The notes beneath the pieces are model-generated. The model was given only the letters and a program-made list of their open reading frames with translations, searched no databases and was not told where the DNA came from. From the IMG/VR virus record IMGVR_UViG_3300016471_000568: a stretch of DNA of 36,994 nt. One strand, 5' to 3'. This DNA comes from an uncultured virus (IMG/VR IMGVR_UViG_3300016471_000568) (taxonomy: Duplodnaviria; Heunggongvirae; Uroviricota; Caudoviricetes). Position numbers and translations under genes: made by a program. This document shows positions 36,985 to 36,994 of this stretch, piece after piece; positions within the stretch are counted from its first letter, which is position 1; every line of letters begins with the position of its first letter.

Positions 36985-36994
36985 AAAGAGAGAA

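Noticed and set aside
1..36994. Stop-codon reassignment
   Set aside because: Recognisable genes are full length in the standard code, TAA, TAG and TGA all end genes, and no suppressor tRNA is seen.

Overview
About 37 kb of a large AT-rich tailed-phage genome, most likely infecting Bacteroidota. Host evidence: two T9SS-type cargo genes, Bacteroidota-like -33/-7 promoter spacing and a Bacteroidota-type ClpS. All credible genes lie on the + strand. Layout: (1) 1-13.6 kb, lysis genes plus a late or virion-associated block (pre-toxin-TG protein, nucleotidyltransferase, fibre-like protein, SET domain, papain-like protein, ClpS, HNH, HExxH and LRR-like proteins), many sharing an N-terminal M-x-L-x-x-L-L-x-E leader and an upstream ATATTTAT motif; (2) 13.6-29.2 kb, MoxR AAA+/vWA pair, thyA, GNAT, tRNA-Glu, two T9SS-cargo surface proteins, a metallophosphoesterase spanning an N gap and many small ORFs; (3) 29.2-30.4 kb, non-coding DNA with at least 13 TATTTTTAG direct repeats, then a small hydrophobic ORF and a structured RNA; (4) 30.4-37 kb, an array of small genes, most with their own copy of a repeated promoter, including a sigma-70 factor and a P-loop ATPase. 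The most unusual signals are regulatory: 3'-UTR elements complementary to the start-codon region of their own gene and followed by GNRA-capped hairpins, a long 5'-3' stem enclosing one ORF, and modular promoters with 11-bp-phased TTAATC boxes, DnaA-like boxes or a GGGTAACCC palindrome. All family calls come from motif recognition by eye; no database searches were run.
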